DNA of 63,088 nt, filler included, from Choristocarpus tenellus KU-1152 (taxonomy: Eukaryota > Protista > Phaeophyceae): NCBI GenBank assembly GCA_964200185.2. It is 11 parts of 11 records of this genome, joined end to end, with 100 filler letters (N's around TTAATTAATTAA, not from the genome) between each part and the next. Parts side by side here need not be neighbours in the genome. Positions count along the whole stretch, not along the records: positions 34,346 to 43,330 come from CAXNAD020004124.1; positions 43,431 to 48,762 come from CAXNAD020011121.1; positions 48,863 to 56,067 come from CAXNAD020006539.1; 8 more parts are not named here. One strand, written 5' to 3'. Position 1 is the stretch's first letter. Every line of letters starts with the position of its first letter. Below, piece after piece: positions 39,601 to 53,820 of this stretch. The translations under genes were made by a program, and so were the position numbers. The notes below the pieces were generated by a model. It searched no databases. It was given only the letters and a program-made list of their open reading frames with translations, and had not been told where the DNA came from.

Positions 39601-42159
39601 CTAACTAACAGGTGTGACAAGAGTGTGTGACTGACAGCACAACGAGATTCTGGGATCCTTCAGACTAATGCAACACAATATGTAATAAAACACCTATTAG
39701 TTCCTTGCTATTGTTGCGAACAAAGGCAGAGGATATAAAACAAGTAAGAGGAGTAGAAGCATCCGCAATACCAGTGACCTTCGACAACTACTCAATGGGT
39801 CCTACTCAAGGGGTCTGGGTCCTCCTCACTTGAGTATGCTGCTTAAATGGTTGTAGTGGTTGCTAGCGAGGCCGTTCGTTAGCCACTCTGAATTTCTTAC
39901 CGCATATACAGATCCACTAACCGTTTCGCCCCTGGCCTTTCTTCCTCTCCCCACCTTCCAATTTCACTACTTCTCGAAATCAGTTCGACGGTCCACTGTT
40001 GCATGAGGTTGAGATACCAATACAACCGGCTCCAATGTCTATTATCCCATCCCCATGCCATTTTGCCTCCTCCCTCTAACCTTGTTCACGACCCACACGA
40101 CTCAGTGTTACTCTCCCCTAAGGAGTTTTGCCACCTCGTTCTTAGTCCAGGACAATTGTAGTCCAACGACACTGATAAGGCCCTTACAGGGGTATGGATG
40201 CAATTCTCCATGATCGTTACATGCACACCACGAAAGCGATTCTTGGTTCCATGGAAATATGTCTGACATCGATGGGGTTTGAACCCATGATTTAGAGACC
40301 AGATACAGAAATAATCTTACCCACTTCCCTACAAATACAATGAAGCGCTTAGTTGTCGTAAGCACCAATTTGGAGTTGTTCATAACATGACAATCTTGCT
40401 TTGTATCTATACAACACAAAGACCGAATGTTGCAATAGCACTGACCTACCACTGAGGTCTGCCTCTACCCCATAGAGTTCGCATCCAGCTCTTTTGTGAT
40501 ATCTGGTTGCGGCCTTGAAGGGGATTGAGATCTGAGGGAAATTGAGCGCTACCATTTCGATTCAGTGGGTGTTAGGAGGTGGGTTGGTTGACCATTTGCC
40601 CTTTCACCACTATTGGACACATGGTGTGGTCATTTAACATGGAACTGGTGTCTTGGGGTGTGAATTGAGCAGGTGAGGTTTGTGGCATGGTTGGTAGGTG
40701 CAATGCCTACATCCAGCAGGGTGGACGGAGATACTGATGGATCAGAAATGGACTGGCTCGATACGGGAAGGGGTGGGAAGGATACTTCGCATAAGGACAC
40801 AGAGATTGACAAGGTAAGGAGAGGAGAGTGATCGCTTTCCAACATCCCCTATAGAAAACCGCCGCCCAGAGGATGAGGGTGGTTGACTTCCCTAACCTCA
40901 CAGAGACGTAAGGTTGCAGGTTGATCTTGTAAAGCGACTCATCGAATGTAGGCGATGCTCTTCTCCAGGGACCTCAGCAGATAGCTTCGGAGAGTACAAA
41001 CTGAGCATAGAGGACGATGGGATCATATATCGTGGCCCATCCGCTTCCTTCTCGAGCTTGCAGCTTTCCTCGCATCAGTTCCCTACTCTCGATAGGGTCA
41101 ACTTGATTTCCACGGGTACCTTACGTCCCCTCAAGTCACGCTGAAACACGCGGAGGGGTACATCAGAATAGAGTCTCCTCTTGTTGATTTCTTCTTCATT
41201 TTCAATAATAATTGCATCCTACAGTCCATACGGAAGGATACTGAGGGTGCTGGCGATAGTCGGATCACTGGTGGCAGTAATGGAGGCTTGATTGGTGGAG
41301 GCAAGGCCGTCGCCAATAGGTCTGAGGACATTCTTATTAGGGCGGAAGGTGAGTTTGGGGGAATACCACCGGGAGAGAGCAGGATTTTCAACCATTAGGA
41401 AGTCGACCAATGTACACGTACTCCTAGAGTGTTCGTACGCGAGGGGGTGTATTTGGAGCGAGTGCCAAAGTTGGTGGAGCAAGTAGTTCAAACATTGTGG
41501 TCCCTTACTTAATTATATAATCTCTATCTATATGTATATATATCCCTTCTACGTTTCTGTGTTGGGTGTGACGAGAGATAATATGAGTCAGTCTCTGTGC
41601 ACACTACTCCAATGTATTTCAAGTCCTAATTCCAAGTATACAATGTAATGCAACAGGGCCCCTCTATACGTGGTGTGCTTCGTTGTGCTGCCCCAGTATT
41701 GAGCAACTGCAGCATTCTGTTCAGTACCGTTGTGAATTTATTGCTAGAAAAAGTGAGATGAAGGAGACCACGATGTGCTTTCTCCTCTTTAAAGAGGGGA
41801 TTGTTTGACTGCTTTTTTAACCTGTGTGCTCCACAGAGCAAACCTAGAGCAGTCAGGATTCACAGTAGCTATTGAAAGCCGATGCTCTCTGCCAAACCTC
41901 AGTAATATCATAATAAACCACCATAACCACAACAAATTGCATGGAACAGATCAGTGATGTGTCTGTTTCTGTGTCTGTGTGTCTGTATGTGTCTGTTTCT
42001 GTGTCTATGTATCTGTATGTGTCTGTATGTGTGTCTCTGTGTGTCTTGCATTGAAGGTGCTACCAGTAAGCCGACAGTTAGCCCACCTGTTTGTGCTCGT
42101 AAGTGGGGAGAGAAGGGACCGTGGTTTAAGACTGGTGGGTACATTGGAGGCAAGGAACA

Positions 42160-42520
42160 TAGCATTAGTGCATTAATTTTTATTAGCATTAGTACATTAA
42201 GTTTCATTGGCATTAGTACATTAATTTTTATTAGCATTAGTACATTAATTTTTATTAACTTTTGTACATTAATTTTTATTAGCATTAGTACATTAAGTTT
42301 TATTAGCTTTAGTACATTAATTTGTATTAGCATTAGTACATTAAGTTTTATTGGCATTAGTACATTAATTTTTATTAGCATTAGTACATTAATTTTTATT
42401 AGCATTAGTACATTAAGTTTTATTGGCATTAGTACATTAATTTTTATTAGCATTAGTACATTAATTTTTATTAGCTTTTGTACATTAATTTTTATTAGCA
42501 TTAGTACATTAAGTTTTATT
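42160..42520. repeat. 24-bp tandem repeat, about 15 units
   Basis: Unit ttagcattagtacattaa(t/g)tttta. It produces the spurious 215-aa and 209-aa ORFs. Confidence 0.93.
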
Positions 42521-45500
42521 TCGGTACTAGTTATGGTACCTTGGAAATTCAACAACTCTCAAATTATAAACGCTCAATTCTGATCAAATGTCCTCCAAAC
42601 CTTCTTGGGGCTTGATTGGACAGGATATGTTATTGTTATTATTATCATTTATGCTTGTTTTATTCTTATTATTATCATTGCTGTTTTATTACTGTTATTA
42701 TTATTATTATTGTTATTATTATTATCATTCCTGTTTTATTATTGTTATTGTTATTATTATTGTTATTTTATTTTATTTTGTGTTTGCTCTTCCTGTAAAC
42801 CTGTCAGAAGATTTGATTTTTTTTTTCTTCTTTTCATTCCGTTCCACCAATGAGCACGCTGCAAGGCGGCAGTCGTTTCTGTTTGAGAGACCAATCCTTC
42901 ATTTTTTATTATCATTATCATTAATTATTTATTTATTTTTCTCGGTAGCTTTTGTCTCCGGCGATGACCCCGTGGAACAAAGTGAACACCTCCATAACAC
43001 CATTTGCATTCTTCCATAACACCTTTTGTGTTATTTCATAGCGCGTTTTTGCTTGCATTGCAGTAAACACTTGGTATGGACATAATGCGTATGTTGTCCC
43101 ATGCTTTGAATCGGGTTGTATTTGATGCCGAGCCTTTTTTGTTTTTATTTTTATTTTTATTTTATTTTATTTATTTATTGCACCTGTTGTTGCTTAATGT
43201 TTACGCCTTATTTTGTTGAGAGTGAATTTAAACACCATCGGATAGAGAGAGAGGGGTGGGGGGTGGGGTTCAGTGAGACGTCTCTCAAGGACGTACTTTT
43301 TTCATCGTTTTTTTTTTAATGTTAATATCANNNNNNNNNNNNNNNNNNNNNNNNNNNNNNNNNNNNNNNNNNNNTTAATTAATTAANNNNNNNNNNNNNN
43401 NNNNNNNNNNNNNNNNNNNNNNNNNNNNNNTGTAAAGCTACCTATGTATTACTGATATCGTAAATTATTCGTACTTATCAGAACTCAAGAATTAATCCTC
43501 ACACTCTATGTCTGTTACAAGTGTTCGTATTTCCTGAAACATAAAGGAAAATGCCCGCGCTATTCGCGTGTAACAAACGTTTGCACTTCGTTGAAATACT
43601 AGAAGAAAAGCTCGCTCTATTCGCCTGTAACAGATGTATTAGAGCTGGTAAGAACGATTGATTGTAGACCTATACTATCCTTTCTGTATCCTGCAACGAT
43701 AACTCCGGACCAAGATAAAGGTGGAAACTTCTTGGGGTGTCAGGCAGAAGATTTGAGGGAGGAGACAGACTGAATATATCTATGACTGTGATGTTGTGCC
43801 ACAAAAAAAATAGAATAGGAAGAGGTAGGTAAGGGCGCAGATATGTTTATGTAGAAAGGACTTGGTTCTTGCACATAGACGTAGTTCCTTGCAAGTAAGA
43901 GAAAAACCAATGTGCCAAAAACCATAAATATAGATTAAGGGTGACGCATGTAGCAGCTACAAAAAGTCGTTTGTGATAATAGAGATTTTTTTTTTTTGTC
44001 GGACAGTAGTCTCGGATGATCCCTACTCGTGGTCCAATGCATTGTGCTGCCTCTGTTCTTGTGTTGCTTACTTCTTGCATGTTGGGTTCAGCTTTCCTGT
44101 CTCTCTTTCCTCTATCTCCTTCCTCGAATCATCTGCTGGACCAACCCAGAACTTTTACTTTCCGCCTTGATCTTGGTCTGGTGTTTTTGCGACATAGGAC
44201 AGGCTTATAATCCGCCGTCCTTACTATGTGAAAGGTATGAACCATAAATTAGTGAAAAAAAAGGCCTGACATCGAAGGGATTTGAATCAACCACGTTGCG
44301 AAGATGACAGATAAGACAGGAATTCTGAGAAATCGGAACGTAAATCAAATAGGGTTTTTTGAAGAAAAACTGGAATAGATAGTGGTACCACCTCTAAAAT
44401 TTGAAATTAAAGGGTGTATTGCTGGAGACCTTCAGACAACACACCCCGATACCACTGCAACTTGCAACACGGATATGGACGCACGCGAGACTCCTACTAT
44501 TGCTCTGACCTTCACACAGACACAAACAAAGGTAGAGTGGGAGATATGATCGAAGTGCTGTAGGCGTGCTTACTCCTCTGCATTCCAGTCGTCAGTCTGG
44601 TTAGGTGTATTGTGGTCCTTACGCAGCACGCTTGGAGGACGCTTGTGGCGACCAGTACGGCATCTCCCTACCCCTTCGAATTGACCTTTCCGTTAGTTTC
44701 TCTTCTTCTATTCGTTTCTCAATGGTATTTCTCTGCACACACAGGGTGCCAACCATGTCTCCACCTCACCTCCTCTCCACCTCTAGGATCTATCTCTATT
44801 GGCATCAGGGGAGTCAGAACGACCCGAGTGCTCCGTTCTTGGTAGCATAGTCTCCGCCCTCAATCTTGAGGGACTGGATGAGAGCCAAGCATCCCCTGGA
44901 TCCCGAGCAGAGATCCAAGTGAGACTGATGGGAGGGGGACACGTTGGGAGTGGACAGAATCCTCTGAGATGGGGTGGTATCGGTGACCGTACCGAGAGTA
45001 GGGGGTTGGGGAATTCGAATATGCCGGATCATCGCCTCCATGGATGCCGTGTCCTCGTGCGTGGCCCAGCCAGGTGAATATTGTGCACTCCATAGTAGCT
45101 CGGGCGGTTTATCTAACCATGACCAAAGAGGTATGCAATTGCGGATACCGCCTCTGCATGTCAAGATATCACTTACCTCTTAGGAATTCAAGTCGGACGA
45201 TATTCATGCACCACATCGTCCCTCCGGAACATCCGCTTCATAATAGCTTATAAAATCTCCACTCCGTGATAATTCCGCCCCTTTTCCAATTTGTGGCAGC
45301 CCTTACACTTCAGAAACCTATTGTTTCTTTACTAGGATATAATTGGCATAGAACAACAACCAACCATGGGATGATTAGCCTGAATGGAGATTTTCAAAAT
45401 AACTCCAAGATTCTAAAGTGCCTTAGACCCTTGAGACCAGCATAACTGTTCATTTTCATATCAAGTCGAGGGTGGTTTATTTGCAATCCCAAATATCCCC

Positions 45501-47123
45501 ATCCTAGCCCAATCCCTATCTCTAATGTTGATCTCAAGTGCCTGAAGAAAGAGCTAAGGTGTGCTCTATGGTACAAGCCTGTCTCCCTCTAACCTAATGC
45601 CCTGCCCTACTTTGTGTATGCATTTCAGTAGTGATGATATATGGTGAGGATCGTTCCCAAAAGCAGTCAAGTGGCTTTGCCCATAGTTGCGTGAAATGAG
45701 TGAACTTTGCGCTATGGTTCAAGATCCCATGTGCTCCATTTGCACTCCAGTGCACACTTGCGAAGGGCCTCCAAAAGCTGGCATTCTACCAGCAGTCGCA
45801 AAGACTTTTACTGGAGCAGATGTTTTCTTGATGCATATGTATTTCCAGACAATAGTCAAAACTATCCAACATAGTCTGGTTTGCTTGCTGCAGGCTTTTG
45901 GACCTTGTAGTTGGAGGAAAGGGAACAATGTATTTGGTCCTTTTCTCTCAAACTGGATCACAACAGGGCTTGAAAATCGGTTCATTCTAAACAATAATCA
46001 CCAAATCGGAATGTTTGACTCCAATTCCAGTTTTATCTATGCCTGCCCTAGCTTTATCCACCCATCACCTATCCTGCATTGTGTTTAGGAATGGGAGTGG
46101 TGAAGGGGTGTGCAAATCTAGACATGCTAATAACGCAATCACTGAAAAGGTCTAGTTTGGTCAGTTGACTCACCATCAATAGTGCATTTGTTGTGGAGGT
46201 GCCCTGCCCGGCTTCCCACAAAGTGATTATCTACTTCTTTAATTGTTTATCCTATTTTTAGCAAGTGGAAATATTTTGTCTTGCTCCGGTTGCCTCCTCA
46301 CCAAAAAGGTATACAGTATGCAAGCATTGCAGCTCTTGGTCAAACCGCCCAATCCCTGGAAGCCGTGCATCAAACTATGAATTTATCCACAAGGTTCTGG
46401 TCTAAACAGGTCTGTTGACTGGTTTAGTTCTCCTCCACTCCCGCCCCTAATCCCTCCTCATTTGTTCCTATCCTGAAACAATATAATTCCACCTGCATAC
46501 TAGTTACCCTGAGATGTATCCTGAATCCTATGCTAAATGCCATGTAGTATTTCAAAGTGTGTATCAACCTTGGGTCTTGGAAGGCAATAACTAACCCTCC
46601 CTTGCCTAAACCCTATCACAACCGCAGTGACCATGTGCCATAGCCCTTAAAACTTAACAAGTCTTTTATGCCCCGTGAACAGTGACCCTCCCTCCTCAAC
46701 CTGCCAGCTTTTTTCAGGCGCATATTTGTAGCGGGAAGACTGTTCTGGATCAAAGGGATATGGTGGGGAAAGTGACATTTACACAATGGAATAGCCCGCG
46801 CTTTATATCAAGCCAACACGATGTTTTTTGCTCTGCATCCCCCTCTTCCGGACATTACTGCCATTAGGAATATATTATCTTCAGCATTTAATAGTAAATT
46901 GTTTTGAAATAAGCATCACGGCTACTCTTTTTCTTCGTACAATAAAAGAAAATGTTGAGTGTCACTGCTTGGTGAAAAAGCATACATTTTTGGTGCTGAT
47001 AAGATCAGCTCTTATTGTATACATTCTTGGCATCGCCGCTGCCGCTGAAGAGTAATATGTGAGCCCTGCCTGGCCCAAACCTTAATTAACTCGGACCCTC
47101 CCAAAAACATGCCTTAATAAAAG

Positions 47124-47261
47124 GTGTGGAAAGACTTCGCTATTGATGAACTATTGTCACTCGGCCGCTTCGAAGGGTCACCAGGTTTCGTTTGTGTGTC
47201 TCAGGAACAAATTGGAGGCGTTTCTGCCGCGACCCATGATATGGAGAGGGCAGCGAAGAAG
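47124..47261 (+). CDS. Exon of a SWSAP1-like (RecA/RAD51-paralog) P-loop protein
   Basis: AAG|CGKTSLLMNYCHSAASKGHQVSFVCLRNKLEAFLPRPMIWRGQRR|GTGAGC. The pattern GKTSLL..Y...AA..G..V.F.C.R.KLE...P resembles recalled SWSAP1-family N-termini. This frame is not in the ORF track. Confidence 0.62.
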
Positions 47262-49499
47262 GTGAGCACACCAAGAGTTGGGAGGCATCATGGGGAAGTG
47301 GAGTGTTTTTCGTTTATGAATTTTCACTGCTTCCTGTTGACTGACTCGGGGGTTGTTGCTGACGAGTCTGCAAGTGAAGAAAAATGGGGAAATCTTCTGC
47401 TGTTGTTTTTTAGGAGTAGTCGGGCCCCACAGGATAAGGGTTTTTTTTGGAAGCCTCACCTGTTTATTGAAGTGTTGTACATACAAACAATTGCAACACA
47501 TGTACACACACACACATTTCCACTGTGATATTCTTGCGCTGAACACTGAAGTTTCAGTCTCTGGCATGTGATTTTGTCCTAGCAGATCCTGTGTATTGTG
47601 GTTATCGGGTTGGGGGTTAGTGCGCACTCGAGTCGCAACGGGGTTTATTCATTGGGGGGTGAGAAGGTGTCCTTTCACTTTTTTCTGTTTGCAACAATTG
47701 ACTGTCTTGTGGTGGAACAAGGAAGGGAGGTGCCAGTGAATGGAAATAGATGTGCGTCAGATATGCAGAGAATATGTAAGGAGTAGGAGTAGGAGTCGGA
47801 TAGGTTAGAGGTAGACAGACCTCATGGGGTTAAAGTCTGGATTATTATATTTTATTATGAACCTGTTAGTTAGGGTTCACAGTTCACAGTTGGGCAGTGG
47901 GTTTAGTTTGGTAAGTGCTTCTGAACAATTCATAACGGTGGTAGTAATACTGGCACTTGTTCCACCTTGTTGGTGCCTTGGCTGCACCCCCCTTTGTGGA
48001 CATCAAGTGCTTTTTTATGAGATTATTGTGTTATTGGTCTGTAGAGTTTTTGTAGAGCTCTGTAGCACTACAGATCAATATCAATATCATTGTAGACCAA
48101 TGAAATACTATAGGCTAATATCAGTGGGTACTTACAGTATGGCTGTGCAAAGAATCTATTGATAGAATTTTGAGTTTGCCTTGTACCCTCTGCAATAGCC
48201 TCTGTACCTTTGTACTGTCATACTGCCCTGCCATGCACCCTTACTCTAGTCTGCCAAAATTGGAGATTTCCAGAATTTAGTTGTTGAACCGCCTAAAACA
48301 ATTGCCGCATGTATGTCTCCGTTGGTGATCCCCTCTGTGTCATTCGGCCACTTCAATCTATAACACCCATGGCACATTGTAGAGTATACATACTATAGGG
48401 TTCTCCCGAGTACATAACACAGCCTTACTTGAATCTTCAAAGCTGTCAAGATTGAACACCTTGAGCCCTTAGTAGCAATTGTGTCGAATGGAACTCTCCG
48501 TGTAGCAGGTTACAAGTGGAACATGTGCATCTTCCCTTGCTAACACCTCCTTTGCCCCCTATCCTCACAATGCGATGGTTGCCATGGATCTTGGTACATC
48601 CTTTTTGTTTTCATGGTATTGTCATGTTACACACCTCCTCAAGGTCGGATGGCAGTGTTGTACATACTGGTGAGAAATGGTGCCTGCAGAGAACAGTGTT
48701 GATTTGGGGTTAGGAGATATATGTCCATTGAAACTGAGACCCAAAGTATCTGGGAGGGGGGGNNNNNNNNNNNNNNNNNNNNNNNNNNNNNNNNNNNNNN
48801 NNNNNNTTAATTAATTAANNNNNNNNNNNNNNNNNNNNNNNNNNNNNNNNNNNNNNNNNNNNCGTTGTTTGACCGAAACGGACGCCCCCTCCCAAACCAC
48901 CCCCCCCCCAAGATACTTTGACCCAGAGATCAAGTTTCGCACTCTAATGGGTCTTTCTTAGTTCAAGTGTAGGGCACTTCAGTGGTGCTGGGCTCTAATT
49001 GATATGTCATTGGGCTGACTGATGTTTGTAAATGATAAAAGGGTGGGAAAAATATCTTGTATTGTGGAGTCACTTGCTGTATCATGTAAGCTTCTCTAAT
49101 TTGGGGAAATGAAGATTTGGATCCTGCTTGAGGGCTTTTTCACATCAAGTGCTGCAGTTCCATCATTCTTCAAACTTGATCGCTCCTCAAAAAAAAGGGT
49201 GGGGATGAAATAGTGCGCTGATGGTGCCTTGAAAGTTCCTAGAGTTGAAGTATTCCACACTGGACTCTGCGGTTAAGATGATCAATCGTGTACTTTGGTA
49301 AGAGAACAATAAGTAGCTTGGTGTGAATATGCAATGTTTGTGTTACAAGGGGCTTGTGGTCTTAATTCCACTGAACTCGTGGGGCTCACAATTGGTGGCA
49401 CCCATTACTGTTCCTATAGTGTGGGGTTTACAATTGCCCACACCAATTTACTATGAATCACTTATTTACTTATCTTCAGTATTGCAAGTATATGTTGAA

Positions 49500-50200
49500 C
49501 ATGACACAAATCAATGGACAGTAGTGAGTCAACACATATGGTATACTTATCGCTAGGTCTCCTTCCTGTTATCTACTCCACTGGTGGTGTCTATAGTGTA
49601 ATACCAGTACTATCCGCGAACACCTAGTGCATCTTGGATAAGTCATTGTACTTTTTCAAAGTTTGCACCTAACCCTAGCCCAATGCATGAATGATTGACT
49701 ATTCCCCGTTAGGAGTTAACTCAATACTATCTCTATTTTTGGTACTCTGGTAACTGCTCCAGGTCCACTGTGTATGTGGAATTGAAGCTCCAGGGATAGA
49801 ACGATATCCATGCCCCTGGTAGAACAAAGAGCACCCCCTTGTACATGCCGCGAGTCAGAATCATTTACTCGGATGAAAGGTTGCTGCTCTCTACATTTCA
49901 CAGCGGATTTTGATAACTCCTACTTACCTATATGATCCTTAAGGTTTGTCAGAAGGTCCCTCTATAAAGATAACACTAGTAGTAGTTTCTCTCCACCTTG
50001 GAAGATTTGCAACTTTCTATGGAAGAGAGTACATTAGACATGCTGTACCACGAGAAACTAATCTCCAAACTGAAATAGAGGTTGATTATCATGAATCGAT
50101 GCAAGTCCCAAAGATTTCCTAGCCTTTGCCCGCTGGTCCCTTCCCCTTCGTATCAAAGAATGGAATTGTCATATACTAGTACGATATGAGGTGGGACATT
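49500..50200 (-). mobile_element. Probable remnant of the 3' region of a Gypsy element related to the one at 29951
   Basis: 49580-49622 (ctggtggtgtctatagtgtaataccagtactatccgcgaaca) aligns with 29951-29993. The rest is stop-riddled; boundaries are approximate. Confidence 0.4.
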
Positions 50201-51000
50201 GACAACAAACACAACCATTCTTAGCAACAAGACTTCACACCCACTTACGTGAGCAAAGCACACAAGGAGGTCCCCCCCACCCTATAACTTGCATACACCC
50301 TGTGAAATGGACAGAGAGGAACAGGGAAAAGTGAACATTAAGCTGGAGATGAAGACACACTGGGACACATACAAAACTGTATCACTTGTAATGTAATAGT
50401 ACAGGTGACTGCCGCAAGTGCCCTCCCTCCTCTACCTGCTATTCACTTGTAATGTATCATAGGAATACCGTAGCAGTGTCCCTATCAACACCGCTGTTAA
50501 GGCCAAAAGGAAGCTGTCTCTCCACCAAAGAGTAGACAAGACATACAAAGATATTTGTTTGAGGCCCATCAAAGTGACCAATAGTCAGTGCACCCCTTAC
50601 CCACCCTTCCTCCTTCTCAATGCAGACATGTTACTAGTCAGCAATATGGTGAGATACGTCAAAAAGTGAAATAAACCATAAATCCCAGGAGAGGATTATG
50701 AACAGTCCTTTCCTTCTAACTCGCAAGTGCTCCTAGTAAGCCTAGACATACACCAAGAATCATGTGCACAGATGTGAATTTGTAGTAACATATGAAACGT
50801 TCAATCCATCTTGCACCCATCCATTCTACATGCAATGTAACTGAAGGAGCAATAGATCACAAGGTCGCCCTAGTGCCCCCACCCCACTCCTAGTCCCACT
50901 TGACAACAAAACAGAACATAGGCCACACTGCAAGCACCCTATCCACTAATCACAAAATCACCACAACAATCATCGAGTCCTTGGAGTCTGTTTATATACT

Positions 51001-51179
51001 GGCTCAAAGTATCTGAGGGGGGGGAAGGGTGTCTACACAGGTTGCCCATTTGGACCATGACCAGGAGAAGTGAACTTTCATTGTCCATCGATGCATGCAA
51101 CCAATTCACCCCAAAAATCACGACATGAAAAAATGGGCCCTGAATGCACGGTCGTGACCCCCCCCAGATACTTTGAGCC
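51001..51179 (+). mobile_element. MITE family B
   Basis: ggctcaaagtatctgagggg ... cccccagatactttgagcc. Confidence 0.9.
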
Positions 51180-51630
51180 CTAGCAAACAGTATTAAGACT
51201 TAACCATACCTCTCTCTTACATTGTCTTAGTTAACCATACACCATATTTGTTTGAGGATATGTAGCCAAATCTGTTCCATGTACAAAGTTCGTGGATTCA
51301 ACTCTCATCGACACCGGACTCTGAGTATCCCTACATCTATTCCTTTCTATTTGTATATATCCACATTCGTAATAGCTCATTTTTTTGTATTTAACCTTTT
51401 TTTTTAGGTGGGTGGAAAGGCACTTTTTATTTCTCTTGTGTGGGGAAAATTTAATATTAACTATATTTTTTGTCACCTCTTTTGTTTTCCTTTCATTTGC
51501 AGATCCTTTTCAATCCTTAGCCCTTTTGGGGGGGGAGGGGGAAAGACCATGATCCATTTTTCGGAAGGAGGGAGAGGAGTATTTGCTACTACTGTATTTT
51601 CATTTTATCTTCCCTTATTTCGTGACTTTT

Positions 51631-51810
51631 GGCTCAAAGTATCTGGGAGGGGGTAGTGGATGTCCATTTGGGGTCAATTTTTTCATGTTGCGTTTTTGGG
51701 GCGATTTGGTTGCATACGTCGGATGGATACTGTAAATGCACTTTTCCTGATTTTGGTCCAAATGGACACCCTAGTGTAGACCCCCCCGCCCTTCCCAATT
51801 ACTTTGGGTC
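51631..51810 (-). mobile_element. MITE family B, TSD TTTT
   Basis: Inverted copy. TTTT on both flanks. Confidence 0.88.
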
Positions 51811-52635
51811 TTTTGCTTCGCCCTTTCTACCCACATATTCCTTTTCCTCCTCTGAGAAGCGATATGGGCAAACATGGAGATGCTTTTGAGAGAGTGTTTT
51901 CCCAATTTCGCCATAGACGACACAATATCTGTGCAGAGCGTTAGCCAGTGAAGGATGCTCAATATTCCGCTCAGGGATGTTCCCTACTTTTGGATAAGTT
52001 GCCAAAGTGAAACAAGATCTACTCTCCTTTGTTTTTGTGGAAAATATGGATATACCCAGGCATACTACACAAGCTCGCTCAGATTAAAGGAACTCTCATG
52101 GCCATCACCTCAACCGTCAAGCGAATGCATGGCCTCAAGAGTGGCCAAAGGGGTTCTAGAATGTGGGCGCTTTTGTGACAACCTTTGCCCAGATCAGTTG
52201 GTGATTTGCCTGTCTTTGTGGTGTGCAAGAAAAGACATGATGATGGGTACAAGGGCTTCTGTGTCAGACGGGGAAAGGATGTTGAAGCACTGCAATAACC
52301 ATGCGCCAAAAACTCTCTCAACAAGGGAATCGTTCTCGTCAATGTGGCAGTATCGGATCACCCTGCCCAATGACAGCCAGGTACAGGGATTATGTGCAGT
52401 ATTTGCATATTGCAGACTGGCATCATACTTGACATCATACTTTGACCAGGGATCAGGCGAGGGAGGGAAAGCATAGGGTTTGAAGAGATAAAGTCATTCC
52501 TTCACCATGACAGCAAGGAGAAAAAATGACATCGTGAGGATGCTGGTATTCAACAACACATCCTCTACTACAGGGAGATGGCGTGACAAGAGGAGGCACT
52601 TAGAACACCGTCCCCCTGCCAAGTATCAGCCTCAC

Positions 52636-52814
52636 GGCTCAAAGTATCTGGGGGGGGGGGGGGTGTCTACACCAGGTTGTCCATTTGGACCATGACCAGG
52701 AGAAGTGAACTTAGATTATCCATCGACACATGCAACCAAATCACACAAATATCGTGACACGAAAAAATTGGCCCCTGAATGGACAGCCGTAACCCCCCCC
52801 AGATACTTTGAGCC
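52636..52814 (+). mobile_element. MITE family B
   Basis: ggctcaaagtatctgggggg ... ccccagatactttgagcc. Flanks TCAC / CCAC. Confidence 0.9.
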
Positions 52815-53304
52815 CCACCCCTCATAGAGTTAAACACCAACTGCTTCGCCACCATATGCTTGCGAAACCTGTTTTTTGTGTGTTATAACGAAGGTTCCAC
52901 CTTTACTGACAGGCTTAGGATGGTCTAACCAGGTGATGGTTTGAAGCATCTAGTGTGGTGGCTGATAGTGATGGCTACTACCGTTTTGCTAGCCACCCAT
53001 GGTTTGTGTACTAGGATCAAGACAAGATCAAGCGCCGTTGTCTCTTGATGCAGAGTACAGCATACCTCCACCTTAACCACAATGATGTAGAACTCACTGT
53101 CGCTCATTTTAAGCAAGAAGTGAAAGGAGATCAGGCACGTGTAATTATTTAGCACTTGTATTGATGTGCATACAACATTACTAGCCGTTGTACATAACGG
53201 TTTGCTAGACTGTAAGATTTGCAAGTCATATTTACTCAGAATGGAGGTGAACCAGTTTTCTTCACCCTGTCTGCTATAGATAAGATAACTACTGGGCAAC
53301 TTGC

Positions 53305-53820
53305 GAGTGAAAGTATCTTAGAGGGTACGAATTTTGCCCTATTTCTCCGTTTGGGGTTTGGCTTCTCACGGTTTTTTTATGACATTTTCCTACTCCGAAA
53401 CATTTCAGAGTAGGCAAAATGTATACATTATGAAAGATGTGTCCGTAACAAGGATATTTACACCTCGTAACAAACAACATAGCCAAAATTATATCAATAT
53501 CGATTCAAAGTATCTTAGAGGGTAGAGCCGCGTCCATTTGGGACCAGAATCCAATGTTGCGATATTTATGTAATTTTTGACTATCTTGTTTGCTAAGAGG
53601 TGTAAATATCCTTGTTACGGACACATCTTTTATAACGTACACATTTTACATACTCCGAAACATTTCAGAGTAGGAAACTGACATAACAAAAACGTGGGAA
53701 CCAAGCCCCAAACAGACAAACAAGGCAAAACTCGTACCCTCCAAGATACTTTCACTCATCGCAACATTGGATTTTGGTCCCCAAATGAACGCGGGTCTAC
53801 CCTCTAAGATGCTTCGACTC
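53305..53820 (+). mobile_element. MITE family A (TSD TTGC) with a second family A copy nested in inverted orientation at 53502-53757
   Basis: Outer TIRs flanked by TTGC / TTGC. The inner copy is flanked by ATC / ATC(G), and the outer sequence resumes exactly after it. Confidence 0.93.

Noticed and set aside
39850-41500. gag/protease remnant on the minus strand
   Set aside because: A possible decayed zinc knuckle and an IIDIGA motif are suggestive but not diagnostic.
41908-42583. 215-aa and 209-aa ORFs
   Set aside because: They are translations of the 24-bp minisatellite and TG-rich microsatellites. The same applies to the ORFs at 2142-2643, 9709-9906, 10534-11482 and 42588-43019.
45600-46450. 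DIRS or tyrosine-recombinase remnant on the minus strand
   Set aside because: Only vague motifs (LDLFS, HSFH...GKAT) amid stops; too weak to call without an HMM search.
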